Shown: positions 7,294 through 14,254, counted from the first letter of the stretch. The stretch is DNA of 33,302 nt from an uncultured Candidatus Saccharibacteria bacterium (GCA_964372865.1 CAYJRW010000003.1:1-33302), one strand, 5' to 3'. Notes: generated by a model from the sequence alone, not told the origin. Made by a program: numbers and translations.

Positions 7294-9798
7294 ATGAGAA
7301 AGACACTTCTCACTTCTGAATCAGTAGCGCCAGGCCATCCAGACAAAGTTTCAGACGCCATTGCTGACTCGGTTTTGGACGAGATTTTAAAAAAAGATAA
7401 ATACGCCAGGGTTGCCTGCGAGGTTTTCGCCAGTAAAGGTTATGTGATTGTCGGCGGTGAAATAACAACCAAGGCCTGGGTTGACATTAATAATTTGGTC
7501 AGAGAGGTGATCCGCGACATTGGCTACGATAAGTCAGAGTACGGTTTTGATTGGAAGAATGTGGCTGTTTTAAACACAATTTCCGGACAGTCCCCGGACA
7601 TTGCCAGGGGCGTCAGAAAAACCGGAACCAAAAAACAAGGAGCAGGAGACCAAGGCAGCTCTCAGGGTTATGCTTGTTCAGAGACAAAAGAGCTGATGCC
7701 CTTGCCCATAATGCTGGCGCATAAACTAGTCAGGAGATTAGCCGAAGCCCGTAAAAAGAAAATTCTGTCCTATTTGAGGCCTGACGGCAAATCGCAGGTA
7801 ACTTTGGAATACCATAACGGAATCGCCAAAAGACTGGACAATGTTGTTATTGCCGCCCAGCACGACCCCGATGTTTCTTTAAGCAAAATAAGAAAAGACA
7901 TTATTGAAAAAGTTATTAAACCTGTTTGCGGAAAATTTTTGGACAAAAAAACAAAGTTTTACATTAACAACACCGGCCGCTTTGTTATTGGCGGTCCGGT
8001 TTCTGACACAGGCATGTCAGGCCGAAAAATAGTTGTTGATAATTACGGCGTGGGATTTTCGGTGGGAGGAGGGTCATATTGCGTTCACGGGGACTCTTTA
8101 GTAGCCACGGAAAAAGGACTTCTTAAAATAAAAGATATGCAAAAAGAGGTGGAAAAAGAAATTATTGTAAAGACTGATATCCATCCTCATAAATCAGAAA
8201 TCTGGTATGATAACGGATTAAGGAAAACAATTAAAATCGTTACCGGGGGTATGTATGAATTAGAGGGAACTGGAAATCAAAAAATCCGAGTAATAGATGA
8301 GAGGGGAAATTATGTTTGGAGAAGTTTAGAAAAATTGAAGAGAGGTGATTTTGTTACTATCCAATGTAAAAATAGATTGTTTGGCAAAGAAGTTGAACTG
8401 AGCAACTTCCATTACATCTACAAGGAAGGAACAGCTGAAGGAAGAAAAAATAAATTTATTTATCCCCAAAAATTAACCGCGGATTATGCCTATCTTTTAG
8501 GATTACTTATCGGGGACGGTAATTGTATGAATAGGGGCGGAATTTGGATTTGTGTTTGTGAAGAAGAACAGAAAAAAAATGTTCAAAATTTATACAAAAG
8601 ATTGTTCGGTAGAGAGGGTAAAATTTATGACCATTGGGCTTATGTGGGTGGCGTGGAAATGAGAGCGTTCTTAGAGTATCTTGGTTTAGAATATAAAAGA
8701 AGCTGGGAGAAAGAGGTCCCTTGGAGTATTTTCCAAGCCCCTAAAGAGATAGTAGCTGCTTTTTTGAGAGGATTATTTGATACCGATGGAAGCGTGAGAA
8801 TCGGGGGCCGATATAAAAATTCCTTAGATATAAAATTTTATTCAAGCTCTCTGAGATTAATAAAACAAGTTCAGCAACTTTTATTAAATTTTGGAATTAT
8901 TTCTCTTATTGGAGAAATCGATAATAGAGGGAGAAAATTCTATATTAACGGAGAACAACGCATATCAAGGAGAAAGATGTATAGTTTACGGGTTAAAGGA
9001 GGGAAATCGTGTGAGATTTTCAAAAAAGAAATAGGCTTTGGTTTGCCAAGGAAACAGAAAATTTTAGATCTGGTTAATTTAAGTAAAAAAAGAGATTATT
9101 TAATTATCCCCCATCAAAAAAAGAAAATTCAAAAACTTTGGCAAAAGCTGACTCATCATGAAAGATATTTAGATAAAGCAAAAATAAAGAGGTTTACCAA
9201 CTCTTCCGCCGGGAAGGCAACCAAAGAATTAACTTACAATAAGTTAGAAAATTTCCTAGACATTTATCACGCGAGATTTAGAAATGATAAAGATTTCAAG
9301 TATCTTAAATATCTAGCCAAAATGAGTCATTTTTATGATAAAGTAGAAGAAATTACGTATTCATTTGACTCTGTTTACGACCTTTTCGTTCCCAAGGCTC
9401 ACACCTTTATAGCTAATGGGTTTGTTTGCCATAACTCCGGCAAAGACCCGACAAAAGTTGATAGGTCTGGCGCCTATATGGCAAGATATATTGCCAAAAA
9501 CATTGTGGCTTCGGGCCTGGCTGAAAAATGCCTGGTTCGCTTGTCTTATGTTATTGGCGGCAAGGAGCCCACAGAACTAAGCATAGACACTTTTGGTTCA
9601 GTTCGAGTTTCAGAAGAAAAATTACTAAAAATTATTCCCAAAGTTTTTGATTTGTCGCCGGGAGGAATGATACAGCAGCTTAATCTTTTGAGGCCAATTT
9701 ACAGAAAAACTGCGACTTTCGGCCACTTTGGAAGAAAAGAACCTGAGTTCACCTGGGAAAAAACAGATAAAATAAAAGACATTTTGAAGCTAGTTTAA
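7294..9798 (+). CDS. metK: S-adenosylmethionine synthetase, interrupted by an intein (extein 382 aa)
   Basis: [30 protein letters not shown] and [15 protein letters not shown] motifs. The GGGSY / [14 protein letters not shown] motif is split by the insert. Confidence 0.9.
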   Translation: MRKTLLTSESVAPGHPDKVSDAIADSVLDEILKKDKYARVACEVFASKGYVIVGGEITTKAWVDINNLVREVIRDIGYDKSEYGFDWKNVAVLNTISGQSPDIARGVRKTGTKKQGAGDQGSSQGYACSETKELMPLPIMLAHKLVRRLAEARKKKILSYLRPDGKSQVTLEYHNGIAKRLDNVVIAAQHDPDVSLSKIRKDIIEKVIKPVCGKFLDKKTKFYINNTGRFVIGGPVSDTGMSGRKIVVDNYGVGFSVGGGSYCVHGDSLVATEKGLLKIKDMQKEVEKEIIVKTDIHPHKSEIWYDNGLRKTIKIVTGGMYELEGTGNQKIRVIDERGNYVWRSLEKLKRGDFVTIQCKNRLFGKEVELSNFHYIYKEGTAEGRKNKFIYPQKLTADYAYLLGLLIGDGNCMNRGGIWICVCEEEQKKNVQNLYKRLFGREGKIYDHWAYVGGVEMRAFLEYLGLEYKRSWEKEVPWSIFQAPKEIVAAFLRGLFDTDGSVRIGGRYKNSLDIKFYSSSLRLIKQVQQLLLNFGIISLIGEIDNRGRKFYINGEQRISRRKMYSLRVKGGKSCEIFKKEIGFGLPRKQKILDLVNLSKKRDYLIIPHQKKKIQKLWQKLTHHERYLDKAKIKRFTNSSAGKATKELTYNKLENFLDIYHARFRNDKDFKYLKYLAKMSHFYDKVEEITYSFDSVYDLFVPKAHTFIANGFVCHNSGKDPTKVDRSGAYMARYIAKNIVASGLAEKCLVRLSYVIGGKEPTELSIDTFGSVRVSEEKLLKIIPKVFDLSPGGMIQQLNLLRPIYRKTATFGHFGRKEPEFTWEKTDKIKDILKLV
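8080..9435 (+). mobile_element. Full-length intein (452 aa) with LAGLIDADG homing endonuclease domain, in metK
   Basis: Begins CVHGDSLVA after GGGSY. LAGLIDADG motifs are [11 protein letters not shown] and [11 protein letters not shown]. Ends GFVCHN with +1 Ser (SGKD). Junctions located by hand at 8080 and 9433-9438. Confidence 0.85.
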
Positions 9799-9812
9799 AT
9801 CTAGCTTTGTTT
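9787..9812 (+). terminator. Weak AT-rich hairpin plus T-rich tail after metK
   Basis: AAGCTAG-TTTAAAT-CTAGCTT followed by TGTTT. The metK stop codon lies in the loop. Confidence 0.35.
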
Positions 9813-9820
9813 AACTTCCG

Positions 9821-9937
9821 ATGTCAAACAAATCAAAAAATGTTAAAAAGGGAAAATTGGGTTTTCGAACGCCGCGGAAGTTTATTGATTTAAAATGGAA
9901 GCAAATAAAAAAAATAAAAAGCCGTCTTGAGAAATAG
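9821..9937 (+). CDS. Possible small basic protein (38 aa), MSNKSKNVKKGKLGFRTPRKFIDLKWKQIKKIKSRLEK
   Basis: ATG..TAG ORF located by hand between metK and the tRNA. Very Lys/Arg rich. No homology can be asserted. Confidence 0.25.
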   Translation: MSNKSKNVKKGKLGFRTPRKFIDLKWKQIKKIKSRLEK

Positions 9938-9968
9938 CTGGTTTTGGAATAAACAACTCCAGAGTCAC

Positions 9969-10044
9969 GCCCTCATAGCTCAATTGGACAGAGCGCAGGC
10001 CTCCGGAGCTTGAAATATAGGTTCAAGTCCTATTGAGGGCACCA
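9969..10044 (+). tRNA. tRNA-Arg, anticodon CCG, with encoded CCA
   Basis: Hand-folded cloverleaf. Acceptor GCCCTCA/TGAGGGC; D stem GCTC/GAGC; anticodon stem CAGGC/GCTTG (one G-T); loop CTCCGGA; T arm ATAGG-TTCAAGT-CCTAT; discriminator A then CCA. Confidence 0.9.
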
Positions 10045-10074
10045 CGTAGGAAAGGCGGCAGAGCCGCACCGCTC

Positions 10075-10146
10075 AAAACCGCAAAAGAATCCAGAGAAAA
10101 ACATCGGCTCGAACCATATTTTGATTTTGGGGGAAGAAAATTTTTT
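10075..10146 (+). repeat. Intergenic repeat R1 (~72 nt) downstream of tRNA-Arg
   Basis: AAAACCGCAAAAGAATCCAGAGAAAAACATCGGCTCGAACCATATTTTGATTTTGGGGGAAGAAAATTTTTT aligns by eye at roughly four-fifths identity to 10922-10992. Preceded by hairpin GCGGC-AGA-GCCGC. Confidence 0.7.
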
Positions 10147-10163
10147 AATCATCAAAACTAATC

Positions 10164-10829
10164 ATGAAAAAGTATTATATTATTTTGGGCATTGTCGCAG
10201 TATTGCTCGTTCTTAGGTTTGGAGTGATTCCGAAGTTAAGTAACACGCAAGTTGCTGCTCCTTCATGCTCTGTTACCACCTTAAAAAATCTTTCTGAAAA
10301 TGCTTCACTAATTGTTATTGGTAAAGCTGTTAGTGAACGCGTTCAGACACATAATTTCTTTGATCGGGGAACAATTTTTACCTATACCGCTATTGGTGAT
10401 ATTGATGTGATGAAAGGCAGCTTGACTGGTGCCACTCTCGAAGCGAAACAGACTGGCGGTTGCGACCTACTGACAGGCTACTGCGTCTACACATCCGTAA
10501 TGTCTCCGTTTGAGATAGATAAAAAGTATCTACTATTTCTCCGACCGGCTACGAAGTACCAGCCAACGCCTGCCGAGCCACCTCCTGCTTCGTTTGGGGA
10601 AAAAGAAACTAAGAAGTTGGGTGAGATAGAGGAGGGGATCTATAGTGGCTTTAGCGGTTGCGGAGGTAAATACCTTTTGAGTGGAGCTATATCTAGTGCT
10701 GAGATTAAAGAGATAATTCTCAGTGGCGATGAAGCACGGTGGCAGACTTTTCTTGGCACCCTGTCTCGCGGTGAGACGCAAGATAACGTTTCGCCACAAC
10801 CAACAGCATCGCCGGGCATCGAACGCTAA
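10164..10829 (+). CDS. Hypothetical membrane-anchored or secreted protein (221 aa)
   Basis: N-terminal hydrophobic segment MKKYYIILGIVAVLLVLRFGVI, a Pro-rich linker (PTPAEPPPASF) and several Cys. No family recognised. Confidence 0.5.
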   Translation: MKKYYIILGIVAVLLVLRFGVIPKLSNTQVAAPSCSVTTLKNLSENASLIVIGKAVSERVQTHNFFDRGTIFTYTAIGDIDVMKGSLTGATLEAKQTGGCDLLTGYCVYTSVMSPFEIDKKYLLFLRPATKYQPTPAEPPPASFGEKETKKLGEIEEGIYSGFSGCGGKYLLSGAISSAEIKEIILSGDEARWQTFLGTLSRGETQDNVSPQPTASPGIER

Positions 10830-10872
10830 CTAGTCAAAGAATATCTCTTTTTCCACATAAATTTTTTAAAGA

Positions 10873-10895
10873 ATTTGCCGCCAAAGAAAAACTTG
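10873..10895 (+). repeat. 23-nt perfect direct repeat, copy 1 (ATTTGCCGCCAAAGAAAAACTTG)
   Basis: Identical string at 11798-11820. Each copy is followed by a GC hairpin and then an AAAA(C/T)TG tract. Confidence 0.85.
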
Positions 10896-10921
10896 AAATT
10901 GTTGCCTCGCTTTGCGAGGCC

Positions 10922-10992
10922 AAAACTGCCAAAGAACCTGATAAAAATATCGGCTCGAATTGCATTTTAATTTTGGGAAAAGAAAATTTTTT
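10922..10992 (+). repeat. Intergenic repeat R2 (~71 nt), paralog of R1
   Basis: AAAACTGCCAAAGAACCTGATAAAAATATCGGCTCGAATTGCATTTTAATTTTGGGAAAAGAAAATTTTTT. Preceded by hairpin GCCTCGC-TTT-GCGAGGC, so the hairpin is conserved in position but not in sequence. Confidence 0.7.
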
Positions 10993-11050
10993 CATAAGAT
11001 TTGAAGAAAACGGTCTAGAATAAGGGCTTTTTTGTTTGGTTCCTTTCTAT

Positions 11051-11079
11051 TGACATATAATTATTTATTTGTTATACTA
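11051..11079 (+). promoter_or_regulatory. Near-consensus sigma70-type promoter (TTGACA-17 nt-TATACT)
   Basis: TTGACA at 11051-11056, a 17-nt spacer, and TATACT at 11074-11079. Confidence 0.6.
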
Positions 11080-11085
11080 TAAGCA

Positions 11086-11243
11086 GAAAATTGACATCGG
11101 AATACAATGTTCTGCGGCAACAAAGAGAGAGTTAAGTAGTTAGTTTCTTCTTTGTTGCCGCAGAGGAATCGCTTCATAACGAAGCGGTGGCGGTGGCAGG
11201 GCGGCCGTGTGCCATCCAAAAACACGGTATAAGGAGGTCCCAA
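11086..11243 (+). promoter_or_regulatory. Hairpin-rich ~155-nt 5' leader ending in a strong SD
   Basis: Perfect 15-bp stem 11112-11126/11149-11163 with a 22-nt loop. CGCTTC-ATAAC-GAAGCG at 11170-11186. CCGTGT..ACACGG at 11205-11227. AAGGAGG at 11231-11237, 6 nt before the ATG at 11244. Confidence 0.5.
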
Positions 11244-11678
11244 ATGCAGTTCACAGTGAAGTGGACCGGAGAGCCGTCGGCAGAGTCGAAGTGTCCGTAT
11301 ATCCGTGGGGTCATCGCTCTTGGCGCAGGGTTCGGGATGGACGAGGGTGAAGGGCAGCAGCTCCGCGCTCGGAGCGAAAGCGGTGAGAACACGCTCTCCT
11401 TCAATCACCCCGATACCCCCGAGTGTCTGGATCACGCCCTCGATCGCGTGCGCCGCATGCAGGATGATCTGCGACGGATGTATGGAGTGGAATCGGCCTA
11501 CGAGGTCAATGGGAAGCCGTTTCCAGCCTACATCGTCGAGGTCTTTGGGGAGCTCTGCTCCATGCGGACCGTGGTCCAGCAGGTCGTTAGTGACCTGAGA
11601 GCCACTCGCGGCGTGCCGCTGCTCCGCGACAAACGGATTGCCGCAGCCCGCATCAAGCTCGAAGGAGCGATCAAGTAA
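11244..11678 (+). CDS. Orphan GC-rich protein (144 aa), MQFTVKWTGEPSAESKCPYIRGV...
   Basis: Strong SD at correct spacing; lies inside track ORF 11187..11678; terminator follows. No family recognised. Composition differs sharply from the surrounding genome. Confidence 0.55.
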   Translation: MQFTVKWTGEPSAESKCPYIRGVIALGAGFGMDEGEGQQLRARSESGENTLSFNHPDTPECLDHALDRVRRMQDDLRRMYGVESAYEVNGKPFPAYIVEVFGELCSMRTVVQQVVSDLRATRGVPLLRDKRIAAARIKLEGAIK

Positions 11679-11713
11679 TATCGCTTCGCAACAGGTTGAG
11701 CAGATCTCTGCTC

Positions 11714-11750
11714 CCCGCCATGTCTTCGGACTGGCGGGCTTCTTCTTTTT
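11714..11750 (+). terminator. Rho-independent terminator
   Basis: CCCGCCA-T-GTC-TTCG-GAC-TGGCGGG followed by CTTCTTCTTTTT. Confidence 0.75.
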
Positions 11751-11797
11751 ATGAAATTATTAAAGAACAGTTGTATGCGCTCTACGCACCTAAATCG

Positions 11798-11820
11798 ATT
11801 TGCCGCCAAAGAAAAACTTG
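11798..11820 (+). repeat. 23-nt perfect direct repeat, copy 2
   Basis: ATTTGCCGCCAAAGAAAAACTTG, identical to 10873-10895 and 925 nt downstream of it. Confidence 0.85.
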
Positions 11821-11995
11821 CTTGTCCGCCACATAGCCCGAAGGGCGACGGCGGAAAATTGTCCCCAGTACTATAACGTTTCGCGTTAGCTACGGGGCAG
11901 GCGCCGCCTTTCCGAATTTTCGCCGGGGGAATTCCTCGCCGCCGCAAGCGGCGAAATGCGTTCGGACTAATTCAAGAATACTGTACCAAAGCTTC
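11821..11995 (+). ncRNA. GC-rich structured non-coding segment (candidate RNA X)
   Basis: Consecutive hairpins: TCCGCC..GCCC-GAA-GGGC..GGCGGA, TAACG-TTTCG-CGTTA, GGCG..CGCC and TCGCCGC-CGCAA-GCGGCGA. No credible ORF. Shares ordered blocks with 14337-14400. No promoter identified, so the strand is inferred from the downstream terminator. Confidence 0.4.
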
Positions 11996-12026
11996 AATAC
12001 GCCACACGTGTGGCGTATTCATTTTT
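11996..12026 (+). terminator. Rho-independent terminator (24-nt perfect palindrome plus T-run)
   Basis: AATACGCCACAC/GTGTGGCGTATT followed by CATTTTT. Confidence 0.75.
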
Positions 12027-12035
12027 AACAACTTT

Positions 12036-12044
12036 TGCTATAAT
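12036..12044 (+). promoter_or_regulatory. Extended -10 box TGCTATAAT, 6 nt upstream of ATG 12051
   Basis: TG at 12036-12037 and TATAAT at 12039-12044. No SD is present, so the spacing implies a leaderless transcript. Confidence 0.5.
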
Positions 12045-12050
12045 ATGCCA

Positions 12051-12704
12051 ATGCGCCAAGAATGGAAAAGCGCGATTAAGACGGCGTTAACTATTTTTTT
12101 ATTTTCGGTTTTCTGGCTATATTTAAGACGTTTTGGAGCGCCTTTGAGTGGGGTTTACATTAAGCTTTCTTTTTCAGGTTTGGCTGTGGCAGGCACTGCC
12201 TTAATCGCTATTGCTTACCTTATCGGCTCTTTAGCCCGCTTTTGGCCTGCAAAATGGGAGCAAAAAAAGCAGCTCAGAAAATACTACGGACTTTTTGGTT
12301 TCTACTTAATTTTAGTTCATTCTGCTTGGGGCTTTCTTTTAAAGCTCTATCCAGAATATTACGCAAAGCACTTTGATAAAATTGACCCGGCAAAGGTTCA
12401 ATTAATTGATCTACCCTTTATATTTGGCGCATCAGGGCTTCTTATTTTCTTGGCGGTAGCCCTTGTTTCCTTGCAAGTTGTTGCTAAAAAAATGACCCCT
12501 TTTGCGTGGTTAATGACACAGCGCCTTGGCTATTTAGCTCTTGTGTTGGGGACAATTCACTTCACGCTTATTAAATGGAAAGGGTGGTTTAAGTTTGACA
12601 GCTGGCCATATTTTCTGCCGCCTTTATCACTCCTTATCTTTATTTTTATAGCTTTTGTCCTTATAATGAGGTTGTTAACTTTAGTTAGCACGAGAAAAAA
12701 ATGA
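12051..12704 (+). CDS. Ferric-reductase-like (YedZ/MsrQ-like) polytopic membrane protein
   Basis: About six hydrophobic segments with His in the TM segments (LILVHSAWGF, LGTIHFTLIKW). The track ORF starts at 12045, which abuts the -10 box, so 12051 is preferred. Confidence 0.5.
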   Translation: MRQEWKSAIKTALTIFLFSVFWLYLRRFGAPLSGVYIKLSFSGLAVAGTALIAIAYLIGSLARFWPAKWEQKKQLRKYYGLFGFYLILVHSAWGFLLKLYPEYYAKHFDKIDPAKVQLIDLPFIFGASGLLIFLAVALVSLQVVAKKMTPFAWLMTQRLGYLALVLGTIHFTLIKWKGWFKFDSWPYFLPPLSLLIFIFIAFVLIMRLLTLVSTRKK

Positions 12705-13393
12705 GTACCACCACAATAACTAGCAGCAAACAAAAAATATTAATAGTGTTTTACAGCTTGGGAGGCAGCGTGGTGAAGCTTGCGAAAGAAATCGCCAAAG
12801 GCGCCAAAGAGGTTGAAGGCACCGTGGTTGAAATAAAAAGAGTCAAAGAACTGATACCTGACAGTGTCTTTGAGAAAAATCCCGGAATGAAGCGCGATAG
12901 AGAAAAGCTGGAAAAAGAATTTGAAGAAGCGACAGTTGAGGATTTGATTGAAGCTGACGGAGTAGCCATAGGAACGCCAGTACACTTTGCTTCTTTTGCT
13001 TCTCAGATAAAGCAGTACCTGGACCAGCTGTCTCCGGTGTGGCTGGAAGGAAAACTGGTGAATAAACCTGTTTCTGTTTTTTGCACTTCAGGGAGTATGC
13101 ATGGGGGTGAAGAGGTGGCGCTTTTTTCGCTTATGTCTCCGCTCATTAACCTTGGCATGATACCTGTTGGCATACCCTACCCGATTCAGGGAGAGGGGCC
13201 GGAATTTGACGCAGGCAGCCCTTTCGGGGCCATTTACATAACCGGTCACGGAAAAAACAGGAGAGAGCTTTCAGAAGACGACAAAAAAGTGGCAAGAATC
13301 CTGGGAAATCGTCTAGCCACTATGACGAGAATAATTATGTGCGGCTGCCAAAGCTGTAAAGGTTGCCGCTTAATGTCCCAAAAAACTCATTAA
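12701..13393 (+). CDS. wrbA: WrbA-type flavodoxin-like NAD(P)H:quinone oxidoreductase
   Basis: KILIVFYSLGGSVVKLAKEIAKGA..., GTPVHFASFASQIK and SGSMHGGEE motifs. ATGA start/stop overlap with the upstream membrane gene. Cys-rich tail MCGCQSCKGC. Confidence 0.7.
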   Translation: MSTTTITSSKQKILIVFYSLGGSVVKLAKEIAKGAKEVEGTVVEIKRVKELIPDSVFEKNPGMKRDREKLEKEFEEATVEDLIEADGVAIGTPVHFASFASQIKQYLDQLSPVWLEGKLVNKPVSVFCTSGSMHGGEEVALFSLMSPLINLGMIPVGIPYPIQGEGPEFDAGSPFGAIYITGHGKNRRELSEDDKKVARILGNRLATMTRIIMCGCQSCKGCRLMSQKTH

Positions 13394-13415
13394 TATTTTT
13401 AGGTGACAAGAAAAA

Positions 13416-13489
13416 TTCGTTCGCAGAGAACTCAGTTCTCTTCTCACTCCCGAGCTTTAGCGAAAGGGAGAGAAGAAAGTTTTCTTTCT
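13416..13489. repeat. Palindromic dispersed repeat, copy D (wrbA/pyrH spacer)
   Basis: TTCGCAGAGAACTCAGTTCTCTTCTCAC resembles copy C. Hairpin CTTCTC(AC)TCCC..GGGAGAGAAG. CTCTTCTCAC is shared with copy E. Confidence 0.5.
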
Positions 13490-13516
13490 TCGACCGCCTC
13501 ACGTCCCCATCATGAG

Positions 13517-14227
13517 ATGCGGCGCTGGAAGAGAATCCTTCTTAAATTGTCGGGGGAAACCCTGAGCGGCGGAGGTTTTGGTTTGGATATGAAAGCAGCT
13601 CACTACATTGCCGCAGAGCTCAAAAGCGCACACAAGCTGGGAATCCAACTGGCTGTGGTTATTGGCGGAGGTAATTTCATAAGAGGGGAAAAACTTTCTC
13701 ATTTTGGCATTGAGCGCGCCACAGCCGATTATATGGGCATGCTCGGAACGGTTATTAACGGATTAGTTCTCCAGAGCGTTCTTGAAAACAAGTTTGCTTT
13801 GGAAACCCGCGTTATGACAGCTATTGAGATGCGAGAGGTGGCTGAACCCTTTATTAAGCGCAGAGCAGAAAGACATCTTGAAAAAGACAGAGTGGTAATT
13901 TTTGCAGGCGGGACTGGCAGCCCTTATTTTTCTACAGACACTGCAGCAGCTCTGCGCGCCTCTGAAATACAAGCTGAAGTCATTTTGAAGGCATCGAAGG
14001 TTAAAGGCGTGTATGATAAAGACCCAAAAACAAACAGAAACGCAAAATTTCTGCCATCACTCTCTCCGCTTGATATGGTGAAAAGAGGGCTCAAAGTAAT
14101 GGATTTGACAGCTGTAACACTTGCCATGGACAACAAAATTCCGGTGGTGGTATTTGACGTTTTTCAAAAAGGCAACCTGAAAAAATTGCTTTTGGGGAAG
14201 AAAATCGGAACAGAGATTAGCCCTTAG
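13517..14227 (+). CDS. pyrH: UMP kinase
   Basis: RILLKLSGE, VVIGGGN.IRG and FAGGTGSPYFSTDTAAALRA motifs. The track ORF starts at GTG 13403, but that extension is repeat copy D. ATG 13517 gives a typical 236-aa protein. Confidence 0.9.
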   Translation: MRRWKRILLKLSGETLSGGGFGLDMKAAHYIAAELKSAHKLGIQLAVVIGGGNFIRGEKLSHFGIERATADYMGMLGTVINGLVLQSVLENKFALETRVMTAIEMREVAEPFIKRRAERHLEKDRVVIFAGGTGSPYFSTDTAAALRASEIQAEVILKASKVKGVYDKDPKTNRNAKFLPSLSPLDMVKRGLKVMDLTAVTLAMDNKIPVVVFDVFQKGNLKKLLLGKKIGTEISP

Positions 14228-14254
14228 GGTGTGAATACTCTGTTGATAAAAAGG

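Noticed and set aside
11061-11947. Minus-strand and alternative-frame ORFs in the GC-rich module (11061..11435, 11174..11404, 11305..11598, 11528..11947)
   Set aside because: Long stop-free frames are expected by chance in ~60% GC sequence. None has an SD or promoter. They overlap the plus-strand ORF, which does have a strong SD and a terminator, or they overlap hairpin-dense non-coding sequence.
11960-11990. Possible duplicated tRNA-Arg 3' end (TTCAAG...ACCA) that would mark an att site at the far edge of the island
   Set aside because: Only TTCAAG and a loose ..TG..ACCA match the tRNA T-arm and acceptor. That is too weak to call a tRNA fragment.
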